Assembly (NCBI GenBank): GCA_903813345.2
Contig: CAIIXF020000001.1
Span: 39,556,001-39,620,000 of the forward strand
Length of the DNA stretch: 64,000 bases
Source of the DNA: Owenia fusiformis
Taxonomy: Eukaryota
Direction: 5' to 3'
The stretch's first letter is position 1. Each line of letters begins with the position of its first letter. Positions 23,201 to 34,427 of the stretch are shown here, in pieces. Under the pieces are notes generated by a model. It ran no database searches and had not been told where the DNA came from. It worked only from the letters and a program-made list of their open reading frames with translations. A program made the position numbers and the translations under genes.

Positions 23201-26200
23201 AATGGTCATATTTATGAAAAATATCACCATATCTCGACCAATCCACCTAAACAGTCTAATATAACATCATGTATAAAACAATGGAGAAGACCTTAAACAA
23301 TACTACCTATATAAATTATGTATGAAGGCATTGTATTTCCTTGCTTTTTTCAGGAAAGTATCATTACACTGTCTACTTTTAGTAAACCTGGAAACAGGTC
23401 AATGGTAGCTCCTGTGTTGTCTGGAAACTTTGAAAGAATGTTTGGAAAAATAGAAAGTGTGAAATATCAGAATTTCCTGGAGTTCCCATTGAACTCCTAC
23501 CAGATATTGTAAAAGAAGACAACGTAAAGATATTTTCCTGAAAAAAGCAAGGAAATTGACACATGCCTTGATACTTTATTTTGTACCAGAAAATAACATG
23601 TGCAGGTATAGCATTTTTTTACCAAACTGTTATTTTCCAGCTTACCTGTACCTGCTTTCTCAAAATGAAAGCACCCGGCCAACATCACATATAGACATTA
23701 TATAGTACAACTATTGTTGTAAGAGGGCCAATGCGCCCAAGAGAATTCAGCTGAATCTCAAGCATAGTACAGTATCCGGATGGAATACATTCTTACCTGT
23801 TTGCAATTGTCTCATTTCGTTGTACAAATCGGTTAAGTCAGCATTGTTCCGATGAAAAAAAAGACCTGAAACAGAAGGTTCAAAAGTGATAGTGATGATT
23901 GGTGCATTTTTTGTTCGACTATTTATAGTAAAATGTTAAATGTTAGTGTACTTTGAATTTAAAAAATAAGCAATCAAATGACCAAATTGAAACAGCTTAA
24001 TATGTAAAAATAGAAACATTTATGTTTATCCTAACTTTTGTATATTTCAGATAGTAATGTATAATTTGCAGCAAAGCTGTGGCCTTTTGTAATTTAGGGA
24101 GTTTCAGCCATGTTATTTTTCCGAAAATAACATGGCAGAGAAGTATCATAATATAAGAGGACACAGATATGATAGCTAAACTACAAAAACTAAAATATAC
24201 AGTCTGATCCAAAAATAAAAGACACCTGAAATTTTTAGCACAGTTTTGCTGAATTTGAATATTAAATGTGCCAAACACTCCTCTATTGCTAGAATATATA
24301 CTCCTGTAAATGATTATTAGCAGGATTAATGTCTCCAATGCTTTATATCAGCGTATGGTGGATAGTTTGTAAACATGTGAATCCACTTTTCAAATGGCAG
24401 CCATTGTTTTTGTAGTCTCAAACCAAAATGAAAATTGTTCAATTTGTATATCTGGTAATGTTATTGTATCAATTGATTGATAAAGACATATAAAGTATGG
24501 TATAATACATATTAAAGTTGTGTAAGTGGTGAAATGTTATTTTAAAATGGATTGTTGCAGAATTGTTTTTGAGACTATGCACAATTATTTTCAAAAATGG
24601 TGGACATTTAACATGTGGAAATCACTTCAAATTTTTAAGATCAAAATGGTCATTATGGACACAAATTCCACTATACTGTATTTGTATTTTCCAGAACGGA
24701 GAAAATATAGTACTAATTCCCTGAGGTAAGAATTCATTATATGTGCGGCAGAATGTCTTTTTGAAATCGATAGTAATTATTTATGGATCTGACTGTACAA
24801 AAGTTAGGATTAAGGTGCTATGGAAGTTAACAGGAAATGACAAAACAGGAAGTGACAATTTTCTTTGCATTTTTAGACATTTTTTGAACAAAGATAACGG
24901 AGTTCTGTTTTGACCTCCAGTCAATTAAACTAGTTCCAAGTACCATTTACAGGTCCAAGATCACAATGTTTATGGTCAGAATGACCCTAAACATGATGAA
25001 ATAACCTTTTCAGCCCTATGAAAATGTGACTGAAAAATAGCTAAAAGTAGGAGGTAGGAAAGGTCACTGAACAGAATCTTTTGAATTTTTGAGAAAATGT
25101 GCCCAATATGATACAATCTTTGAAAATTTGATATCATTCATAGAAAAAAAAAATGAAAAAAATGATTTGAAAAGCGATCTATTTTCCTTTTTATGACCGC
25201 CGTTTTTGTTTTAGACAATTTTCTAAAATTTCAAAGATTGTATCAGTTAGAGCATTATATTGGGCACATTTTCTGAAAAATTGAAAAGATTCTGTTCAGT
25301 GACCTTCCCTAGCTCCTACTTTTAGCTTTTTTTCAGTCACACTTTCAAATAGTTCAACAAGTTAAACCCAATACCACGGCTTTCATTTATTAATCTGAAT
25401 GTTCTTGTAGCCGTGATTGGGTTTAACTTCCGTGCTATGCTTACATTTGTTGCAAATTCTCACTATCAGTTATTACTTAAACGCGCATGAAATTCCATGC
25501 GCTGCCATAGACCATCATTAAACTTTTTTGCATTTAGGGGCAAATAGGCACGGACGTTAAACCTAGGGCGGGCCACAAGATATGTCAGATAAGAAATAAG
25601 GCCCAGACTAGGTTTAACTTGTTGAACTAACTTTCAAAGGGCTAAAAAGGTTATTTCATCATGTTTAGGGTCATTCTGACCATGCACATTGTGGTCCTGG
25701 TCATGTAAATGATATGTGGAAATAGGACTGGAGGTCAAACCAGAACTCTGTTATCTTTGTTAAAAAAATGTCTAAAAATGCAAAAAAAATTCACTTTCTG
25801 TTTCGTCATTTCCTGTTTACTTCCATGGCACCTTAATATAAATGTTTCTAATTTTACATAAACTGTTTCAATTTGGTCATTTGATTGCTTATTTTTTAAA
25901 TTCAAAGTACCCACTTTAAAATTTTACTGTAGTACGGTTCTAAAAATACGGAAATCAGTAGTGTTTGAAGTGTAAACTGAAAATAGTTGTACTTTCGGAA
26001 AGGTCACTGAACAAGTATAATTTTTTCAGTGAATGTGCAAGGATATAATGCTAAACGATAGTAGCCTGGAAGATTTGACAAAATGTAGTGAAACAAGAAT
26101 GGCGGTTATAAAAAGAAAAACCGATGGTTTTTGAATAAGTATGTTCAATTTATTTTTATTTTTGGGAATGAATTCGAATTTTCAAAACCATGTCCATTGT

Positions 26201-26393
26201 GATCACTAGTGCCCTCTTTATGCAATTATGAAAGATGTAGACCGTATATGAAACGTTATTTATTCCTGAAATACGAGGTACGAGTTTTTTTTATAAATGT
26301 AAAGCCATAATGGAGAGTTCAAATAGTTACAAAGAAAAAAAACTTACTTTGTCCACCCACGGAAAACAACAAAATAGCAAACAGGACTCTCAT
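17271..26393 (-). CDS. Same gene, copy B (769 aa). Exons: 26348-26393, 23797-23865, 20951-21547, 20584-20796, 20316-20376, 19327-19553, 18864-19226, 18432-18635, 18113-18179, 17697-17896, 17271-17533
   Basis: Same splice sites and exon lengths as copy A except +48 nt (two more LPAEPTTQ units). The frame is open throughout. Confidence 0.85.
19638..19833. mobile_element. Same MITE, 196-bp monomer form (copy B)
   Basis: Perfect 15-bp TIR gacccggtgtaaaag/cttttacaccgggtc with tag flanks. Confidence 0.8.
21150..21422 (-). repeat. Coding 24-bp VNTR (LPAEPTTQ x11), copy B
   Basis: Seen directly; 48 nt longer than copy A. Confidence 0.95.
23940..25915. mobile_element. Outer TTAA-flanked TIR element of a nest (copy A retains only the left part, from ~10576)
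   Basis: About 75-bp inverted arms gtactttgaatttaaaaaataagcaatcaaatgaccaaattgaaacag / ctgtttcaatttggtcatttgattgcttattttttaaattcaaagtac. Confidence 0.75.
24814..25832. mobile_element. Middle TTAA-flanked foldback element (rearranged version at 11451-12725)
   Basis: ttaa|ggtgctatggaagt..acttccatggcacc|ttaa; almost wholly palindromic. Confidence 0.8.
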
Positions 26394-26414
26394 ACTAACG
26401 CTCAGCTCGATCAA

Positions 26415-26555
26415 CAGCACGTGTAATGAGTTACAAGTATGACGTTGTCTATTATTTATATTGATTGGTTTTGCTAGGCACCTGAGTGTTTACATCTGAT
26501 TGGCTGCATTTTCTCTTCTTATGGTTGATTGGACAGATCAAAATAATTGGTACAA
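26415..26555 (-). promoter_or_regulatory. Core promoter of copy B
   Basis: TATAAATA at 26453-26460 plus the same four CCAAT boxes, upstream of the ATG at 26393. Confidence 0.65.
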
Positions 26556-27637
26556 TGCAAATGGTATGCTATTCGTTTTAATCGACGCACTGCGACCTGT
26601 AATTTTGGAACATTTTAATTTGAGCATAGTTTTAATTTGACTTTCAAAATGTTATGACAACTTTTCTAATTCATTTGACGAATGTAAACAAAGGAGATTG
26701 GGACCCTAAATGTTTCTTTTATCGACAGAGATATTTCTGGTGTCTAGAGAAAGTACAATCAATTCCCTTGAGTGTGTGCTATACAATATCACCATCCAAA
26801 CTTGATGCGAAACATAATCTCCACTTCCATAGGATAAGGTCACAATTTTTCATAGAATGATCTGTTTTACTCAGTATTTAATCTTAATTAGGTAGCAACA
26901 CAATATAATGAACTGTTGTCTATTTAAAAAATATACTGTTGTATCAAAAGGAAAGTACATTCCTTTTCTATTGTTTTTAAAGAATGGACATTTGGCAAGC
27001 TATAAAAAACAAGTGTGGCACAAATGACGATTGACAGTTTTTGATAGTTTCTATCCCCTAAAAACAATATATAAATGTACAATACGTACCATTCTCTTGT
27101 TAGTATGCACTCTTTAGAATAAAACAATTCATCAATTTTTGTTGCTATCTTCATTATTGATTAAGCTTACTTACAAATATTGTGCTATGTTCAAATTCAT
27201 ACCTCCAGTATAGTCAATACAAAAGAAATCATATTTCCAAATTGAATCATGGACCATTAACCTTCCATAAGAGTCAGTGTGGGGTTTAAGTAAGATAAAT
27301 AATTCGCTTAGGGTCTTATGAGAAAATAATAGCCGCGGAATGATCTGCCACTCACCATGTGAACGCCGAGAACAAGTACTTGGCCGTATAGACGAAGGGG
27401 TTTATTATGCCATGGTTGTACGTACAAAATCGTCGGTTACGTCGTGCTTCAAACCTTTAGAGAATGGAGTGATTTTTTTTGTCAAATTCATCATTTATTG
27501 CAAGTGAATTGTAACCGAATCGTAAATTACACCATTCAAACAAAATAGCCTTTTATTTATCATTTATCAGGTGACCACTTTTTTGAATATATTCGATTGA
27601 TACATGTACACCGGTCCCCACCTATTTATGAAGGCGC

Positions 27638-28320
27638 TACAAAATGGTTGAACTTCCGTAGGAGGTAATCATTAATCATTTCACCAATTGCAACAAAGAA
27701 GTCGATTTGAATCCAACTACAAGGACGATTGGAAGCCGTTATTCAAACTCGATACTACGTTGCCCGGTGTAGACCAATTTGGTAGCAATATTACTCTTAA
27801 AGACTAGAACTGCTGATGAAGCTTGATAATACTACCAAAACATTCGTGATGACCATCGTTCAACAAAATACATGGTCCAAAGAGAACTTTATAGAAATAC
27901 GTTTACGAAATTGTGCCACTGCAAGCAACGGAGTATCGAGTTTGAATAATATGGCTGCCAATCCTCCTTGATCCAAATATTTACTCGTATTTAAAAAGTA
28001 ACATCCGGTTACTGAAAACCTAGTCAGTAACGAGCAAATATATCCAGGCGCTCCAAGTCGAGTGAAAATTTCCTCACTTCAGCAAACAGGACGTTATCTG
28101 ATGAATTTCATAACGTCTTGGTTGCGTTGTGTTAACGTCCTGGTTGCCAAACGAGGGTTTCTCACTCGATTATTGGAGCCCTCGGATTTATATAATCGCG
28201 ACTGATTCGCTTGTCAGTAACCGGATAATACCAATAACATATTGGTAAAATGTTTGGACACAAATCGACCTTCTTGGTGACAATAATAAAAATTTCCCGA
28301 CGGAAATGCATCCATTTTGT
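27638..28320. mobile_element. Degenerate foldback element with a nested ~220-bp MITE (28004-28226)
   Basis: Inverted pairs acaaaatgg/ccattttgt, gtcgatttg/caaatcgac and ttattcaaactcgatact/agtatcgagtttgaataa. Nested pair atccggttactga/tcagtaaccggat. Confidence 0.6.
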
Positions 28321-28379
28321 TATATTTGTTACATTGTAGTAAAGCCAACGTGAGGTTTTACAAGTACACTCTACTCGAT

Positions 28380-31300
28380 TTATTTTACATTTTGCCCATC
28401 GTCACTTGTTTGACCCTTTCCTCTGTTTCTTTTAGGTTTAACATTGTTAAAAATCTCTGGGTCGAGATTAGATAGACATATCGCAGAGTCAGTTGGAAGG
28501 TTCTCCTCCATACATCTTGAGTAGCTATCCGTGACATGCCACTGGCATGAGCATGTATGATGGATCATGACTTCGTCTGTGGCCGTTTTATTGGACTCCA
28601 CGTTACACACCTGGCCACAGTAGGAATACCATTGTTGACACGTATGGAGACGGGTAATACCAGGTTCTATGTATTGGCAGGTAGACTGCTTCTTACAATC
28701 ACCATCACCTATGAGACAGATCTGAAAAGAACTACCAATGTAAATGTAAGTTCAAACAAAAACGTAAATTAATATTTTCTTCTATATTTGATACAACTGC
28801 AGAATTCTTTGATCAGCAACAATGTGTTCATATCAAATATTCTGATGCCCATGAAACTATTTTCCGACAAGGCAATGGAGAGAAAACACAAATAGAAAAC
28901 GTGTAAATGGTCATCCTAAATTCAATACATATGGATAGGGAAACAATAAAAATTAAACATTAGATAATAGCAAAAAAATATGAAAAGATCAATCATTTCG
29001 TTTTTTTGTTTTGTTTTAGTTGTCTTTATTCAACAAATTCATATACAATAATACAAGAGTATGCTGCCAAGCGCCAATGGCATTACTGGCTAGCATTTAT
29101 TATTTCATCTTTAGTAAAATATCTTTCATAAAATAAAAACATAGATGTATGTGCTTAATTGCATTATTTATCCTGGAGTTTGTCACATTCTACTTAAGAC
29201 AGAAGCACTTTAAGTTTCTTGATGCATTATAAAATTGATGAATTTTTTCTTTAAAATACAATCTTTTTCTAATGACAGATTGTTTTCAAACACTAATGCA
29301 TTAATTCTATCCTCTTGTCTTCGGGGTAACAGTTTCTCAAGGTTATGCTGCTCAAGGGACTCGATAAACTCATGTCGTCCTGTAGAAAGGCGTATTTCGT
29401 ATTGGTAATTCTAATTTCCTGTGAAATAATAAACAGGATGAGAAACATAAATATAACACTATACCTGGCAACAGTTGCATTGGTTTGCATATGTTCCACG
29501 TTCTATATATCTCCGAACTTGTAAAGTAAGTTTATCCCACTCATAGTAGAAACTGCATCGATTCATTACAGCCTCGCCATTGTCATTGAAATTACCTTAA
29601 ATATATGAGATAGTTAATAAATCAAGTACAGTAGTCTGGCTCTATATATGGCTCTTCTCAATTTCACGACTGTTTTTCAGACATCTTTTCTTCCGAAGCT
29701 AAAGACATGTTGATTGCTATTCATATTTCATTTGGAATAACTAAACATTGAAGTGTTTGAACATATTGTTTAGTAGAAAACTAGTGTTTCAATGTCAACT
29801 TAAGGAATACCCAAAATGATCAAATATATTTGGGAGTATCGAAGGGGGTACATGTCAGAGACATGATTACATAACCACTAAAGCTACTCAAATGACAAAT
29901 GATGGTTTCCACTTTAAATAAATGCAAAACGGACATACCGATCATTTAACAAAAGGCAAATTGATTGAATTAATTCGAAACAGAGGACCAGGCTTGAATT
30001 GTTCAAATGTAATTCAGGAGAAGATTGGTCATATCAAATATTGACTTGTTTAACCCAGTCACATGGTATGCTGCATTTATAAACTTCACAGCCAATGCAC
30101 ATTCCAATGACCATTTCTTTTGGATAACCATGTACATTAACAATCATATTTCTAATTTGACGCCCCCCACCTCCCTACATACATTTAACTAATGTGCCAA
30201 TTTCTTTTGGACAGGCCTTTACATTAAACAACTATATTTCAATTTGATCCCCTACCTCCAAGTTTCCTTTAAAACCGCAAAATACTCGATGGAGTCCCGA
30301 AATGAATATGATAACCAATGATTTATTAAAGACATACAGATTGCGAGTCTTTGATTTATGGCAATGGGCAAAATAAAATCTATGGTCATATAGAATCGAG
30401 CTCTTTGTTTTGATTTAATATGATAAACAAACCAGAAAACAACTTTTTGCATTTATTAAATTAAGTCTCATTAGACACCAGTTAAACAATTAGAATAGAT
30501 AATAATACATACATGTATTTTAATTTGTTAACGTTTTTGACATACATACCCATAAACACAAACTCCGTCTTGGATGCATCGAGAAAGAAGCCACATTCAG
30601 ATCCTGCTTGAGGGGTTACTATTCGAATGTTTTCATACGGTAATTCATAAGTACTCTGCAAATACATAATATCTATAATAGTTTTATTGTCAAGCCATAT
30701 TATTTAATTGTAATTCAATTAACATCTTCGAGGACAACTTCTTATGGGCGGTTGCATCATCACTTAATATATGTTTTCTTTTCAAAAACAAATATTATTT
30801 TAGTGCGAGATTTCCATTATAGCGACATTACATGCCAGTCTGTGGACGATGTCTCGAGGGTTTGACATATTAATGAATATAATTGTTTAAATAAGTTCAC
30901 GGACTTTGTTAGGATAATAAACTCAATTTGTATCAATTAGAACATGCTTCATTTCCCAGGATTAAGTCCACAGATACTGTAGTCTTGCTGAATGATGCTT
31001 CTGAAAGTAGATTTTGGGGTAAAAAACTATTTTAAAAAGAAAAAAGTATAGCAGTCAAATATTGTTTGAGTGATGAGCATTTAAAAAAACAAAAAAAATT
31101 ATTCAAAATGTAACGTGTTGATGGTGGATATTTGCCAGATTTTGGGGTAAAAAACTTTTTTTAAAAAAAGAATGCGCAATAATTGTGAAAGGCTTGTATT
31201 TGATTTGAAAACCTCATTAATGCAGCTTTAACATTAGTTAGAATATTATCTTATATTCCGAAAATTTTTGTAAAAACTGTTGAGCTATAATCAAAGTTGT

Positions 31301-32724
31301 TTTGATAATTCCAGAATTGAACATATATCAAGCTTTCCATGTATGCTATATGACATATGGGGGTTTGCTATTTAGGATTGGTGGCTGATTGGGGAAAGGT
31401 CATTATAAAACATCCTGTACAAAAAAGCAACTTGTACATTCCAAATCTGTGTTCAAACGTATAATAGTACTTCATGAATATGACAACCGAAATGCCGTTG
31501 AATGATTCTACTCTATCAAAGGACGATGAAGAAGTACAATTCATAAAAACTCATAAAAGAAATTCAATAGTATTACACAATTTTTTTTATATATTCAGGA
31601 TGGGCCAGATCATTTCGTCATTCAAACTAATAATGTTCCGGTTGTAAACTAGAAAGAAATGCTCTTTGAAAACATCTCCGAAACTGGATGATTCATTCTG
31701 ATTTATCAGAGTCTCACTTTATCTAACGCTTTGGTGAGTATTTCAAAGAATAATTCTTGCAGTGGATCCTACAATGGAATGTTTCGCTAAAGATGCTTCC
31801 AACTCAAATTGCATTTTTGCCAGCAATGAAATCCAAAGTGGTATGATATTAACTGGATAGAAATAATACATTGATAATCTCCATTGAGCTAGTTTCATTA
31901 ATGGTAAATATCGTTATATAAGTTAGTAGTAATCATCATTTATTTGAGTTAGGAAAGAGCAGATAACATGAGATTTCCTCAAATGCCTCACGGTAATATA
32001 TAAATATAATTCAGCTACCTTGTCTGATGGATTCTGACTTTAATGGCAATGTATTTAGCAAAATGAAATTTAAGGATTATTTTGGCCCACTCTGTAAGAA
32101 GACTTTTCAACTCTAGTTTTCAATTTTGGAGGTCCTTTTAATGTGATGAGTTGCGGTGCGTGTGTCAATATACACGGGATGGTATATTCCGTGTGTGATA
32201 GCTCATGAAACACACAAGACAATCGTCAATGCTCTTGTGGAATAAAAACGATCTGTCAAGGTATGAAATATAACAAACTAAGACGGGCTTTTGCTGAGGG
32301 ATTATATATTTAATAGAATTGAAGCGAAAACAACATTTAACAATAAACCTTTTCCTTAACTGCTTCATAGTAATATCAAGTAAATATCAATTACCTTGAA
32401 TATTTGATGAATTCTAACTTTATGGACATATACTCGTGGCATTCGTCCAGATCGATCATTTTGTCCAAACTGTTTTACGTTGCGAATCGCTCCCTTTATC
32501 ACTATAATAAAACAAACATTTGATATTATTATAACTATCAAATAATCCGTAAATCGTGAAATATCTGCATAGTATTAAGCGTAAAGTAAATTCACACCGA
32601 AGTCACTTTCACAGAATTTCTGCTGTGGGTGATTATCATAGCACGTGCATCCTTCTGCAGAATCGGTACAGGTCGCAATCAATGCTAAAATACCCCAAAC
32701 GAGCTGACTGGTTTTCTCCAACAT
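28380..32724 (-). CDS. TIMP: Tissue inhibitor of metalloproteinases (270 aa). Exons: 32598-32724, 32395-32501, 30550-30655, 29465-29595, 28380-28721
   Basis: Signal peptide followed by the TIMP signature CTCYDNHPQQKFCESDFVIKG, then ..KVRIHQIFK, TPQAGSECG and RCSFYYEWDKLT. Phases match and the CDS is 813 nt. There is a likely 5'UTR intron at 32729-32812. Confidence 0.92.
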
Positions 32725-34427
32725 GTCGCTGTGAAGATACTCTTCCAATAGTGGTTGTAAGAAAGGATCGATTACATTTTGTTTAGCATAATGCTATTTG
32801 GTAAGTACTCACTAGATAAAGTCTACATAATCAATAATTCTTTAATCATCCATAAATAATTGTTATATTTCCATAAAGCAGGAGTATGAAGATAATGTTG
32901 TTGGTTATTGCCAATGACCAGTTGATTGATGGTTGTGATTTCGTTCCTTACACTAGTATTACACTAGTATTGTGTGCATATATATTTTTACAGATATATA
33001 AAATTAGTGTCAATCACGAATTTTGACACTGTTCAACAAAATATTACGAAAGAGACCACGTATTAACATGCCATTTGTTACAGATGATGAACGTCGACTG
33101 CCAAACACCGTCCACAAGAACATGGCAATTTTCAGCTCATCTTTATTTCGAAGAACTGGAAGTGAATTTTCGAGTCAAGAAAATGCCGACATTGTTCTTT
33201 TGATGAAGCGGGGGGGGGGGGGTCATTTAGAAGCATATAAAATGGGTTTTATAACCGACGATTTTATTTACCAAAAATATGTTATTTGCGACATCTGCTT
33301 AAATATTTGCATACTTGTGTTCATTTTTTAAATCAAAAATAGGTAATATGAAGATGAATATGTCAAGATTGTTTGATCACGTCCCAGAAGAAAATCGAAC
33401 TGCATTTCTTTCGCTCAGAATTCCACTAATAATCCTTTCTAATTTGGTGATAAAAGCTGACCGGTCCGGAAAGTTTTGGAACATCATTTATGTATTATAA
33501 ATATCCTAGAAAAATTGTCTTTGATGTTGTTATCAATACCATAGAACCATGGGATCCATTCCTCCTTCGCGATTTATTGTTTGTCTCAATATTGATTGGT
33601 TATGGTACTATTTCTGACATTTACATCCAAGAACATACGATAGTGATCCTATGTATCAATACAACAGGCGATAACAACCTTTTGAATAAATGAAACATTA
33701 TAGCAAGCCAAAACAAAACAAATATGAGCTTTACACCAGACAAGGTTTATTTGAAAAACTTAGGAAAGTCAATACAGTTTAAATTGAATTAATATAAAAT
33801 TGAAGAGTTGGGATTATATTAGATAAGCATATGTCATAAATCTGATTGTCTCATTGTTTGGTTTTTAAAACTCTTGTCAAACTCTAATGTAACGTAAAAT
33901 CTACTGAAATATTGATATGATTCGAATCATTCCAACATGTTTTTGTACAGAAAGTCATCTAATAATTCTCGGCTAAAATGTTCTCCAATATTTACAGCAA
34001 ATCTATTCATATTATATTATTTCTAATGATTTAATTCTTTGTGATAAAAAGATATCTATAGTCATTTCACTCTAGCTCTAGGACCAGCCAAGGTCACGTC
34101 TATGCCATGCCCATGTGTAATTATTAGGTCGTTGTGATTATATAGGCCAGACAGATTAAATTAATATGATTTTGAAGAGATTGTTGAGAGAGCCATATTA
34201 AACTTTGTATCATATGATATATTACTTATCTTTGCGGGGCTCTAGTCAATCAATATTTATTACTTATTCATATGAAGGTAACATATCGTTTTGTCTAAAG
34301 TAGGCTGACATATACGTTTACTTGTGTTGGCATTGGGGACATTAACTAATTAGAGATCATAGTTCGTACTTAAGACGCGTATAAATAAACTTTGTAATAA
34401 GGTGTTTCGACCTGATCTTCTTTCAAC

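Larger units (their letters stand above)
1..27227. repeat. Tandem segmental duplication (copy A 1..~14319; copy B 15543..~27227; initial offset 15542)
   Basis: Position 1 'taggtatgtttaagg' recurs at 15543. The copies are colinear and nearly identical apart from transposon indels until 'tagtcaatacaaaagaa' (14319/27227). The left boundary lies outside the window. Confidence 0.97.

Noticed and set aside
27203..27257. Candidate first exon spanning the duplication breakpoint (MVHDSIWK..)
   Set aside because: No signal peptide. A much better exon 1 with TATA/CCAAT exists at 26348-26393.
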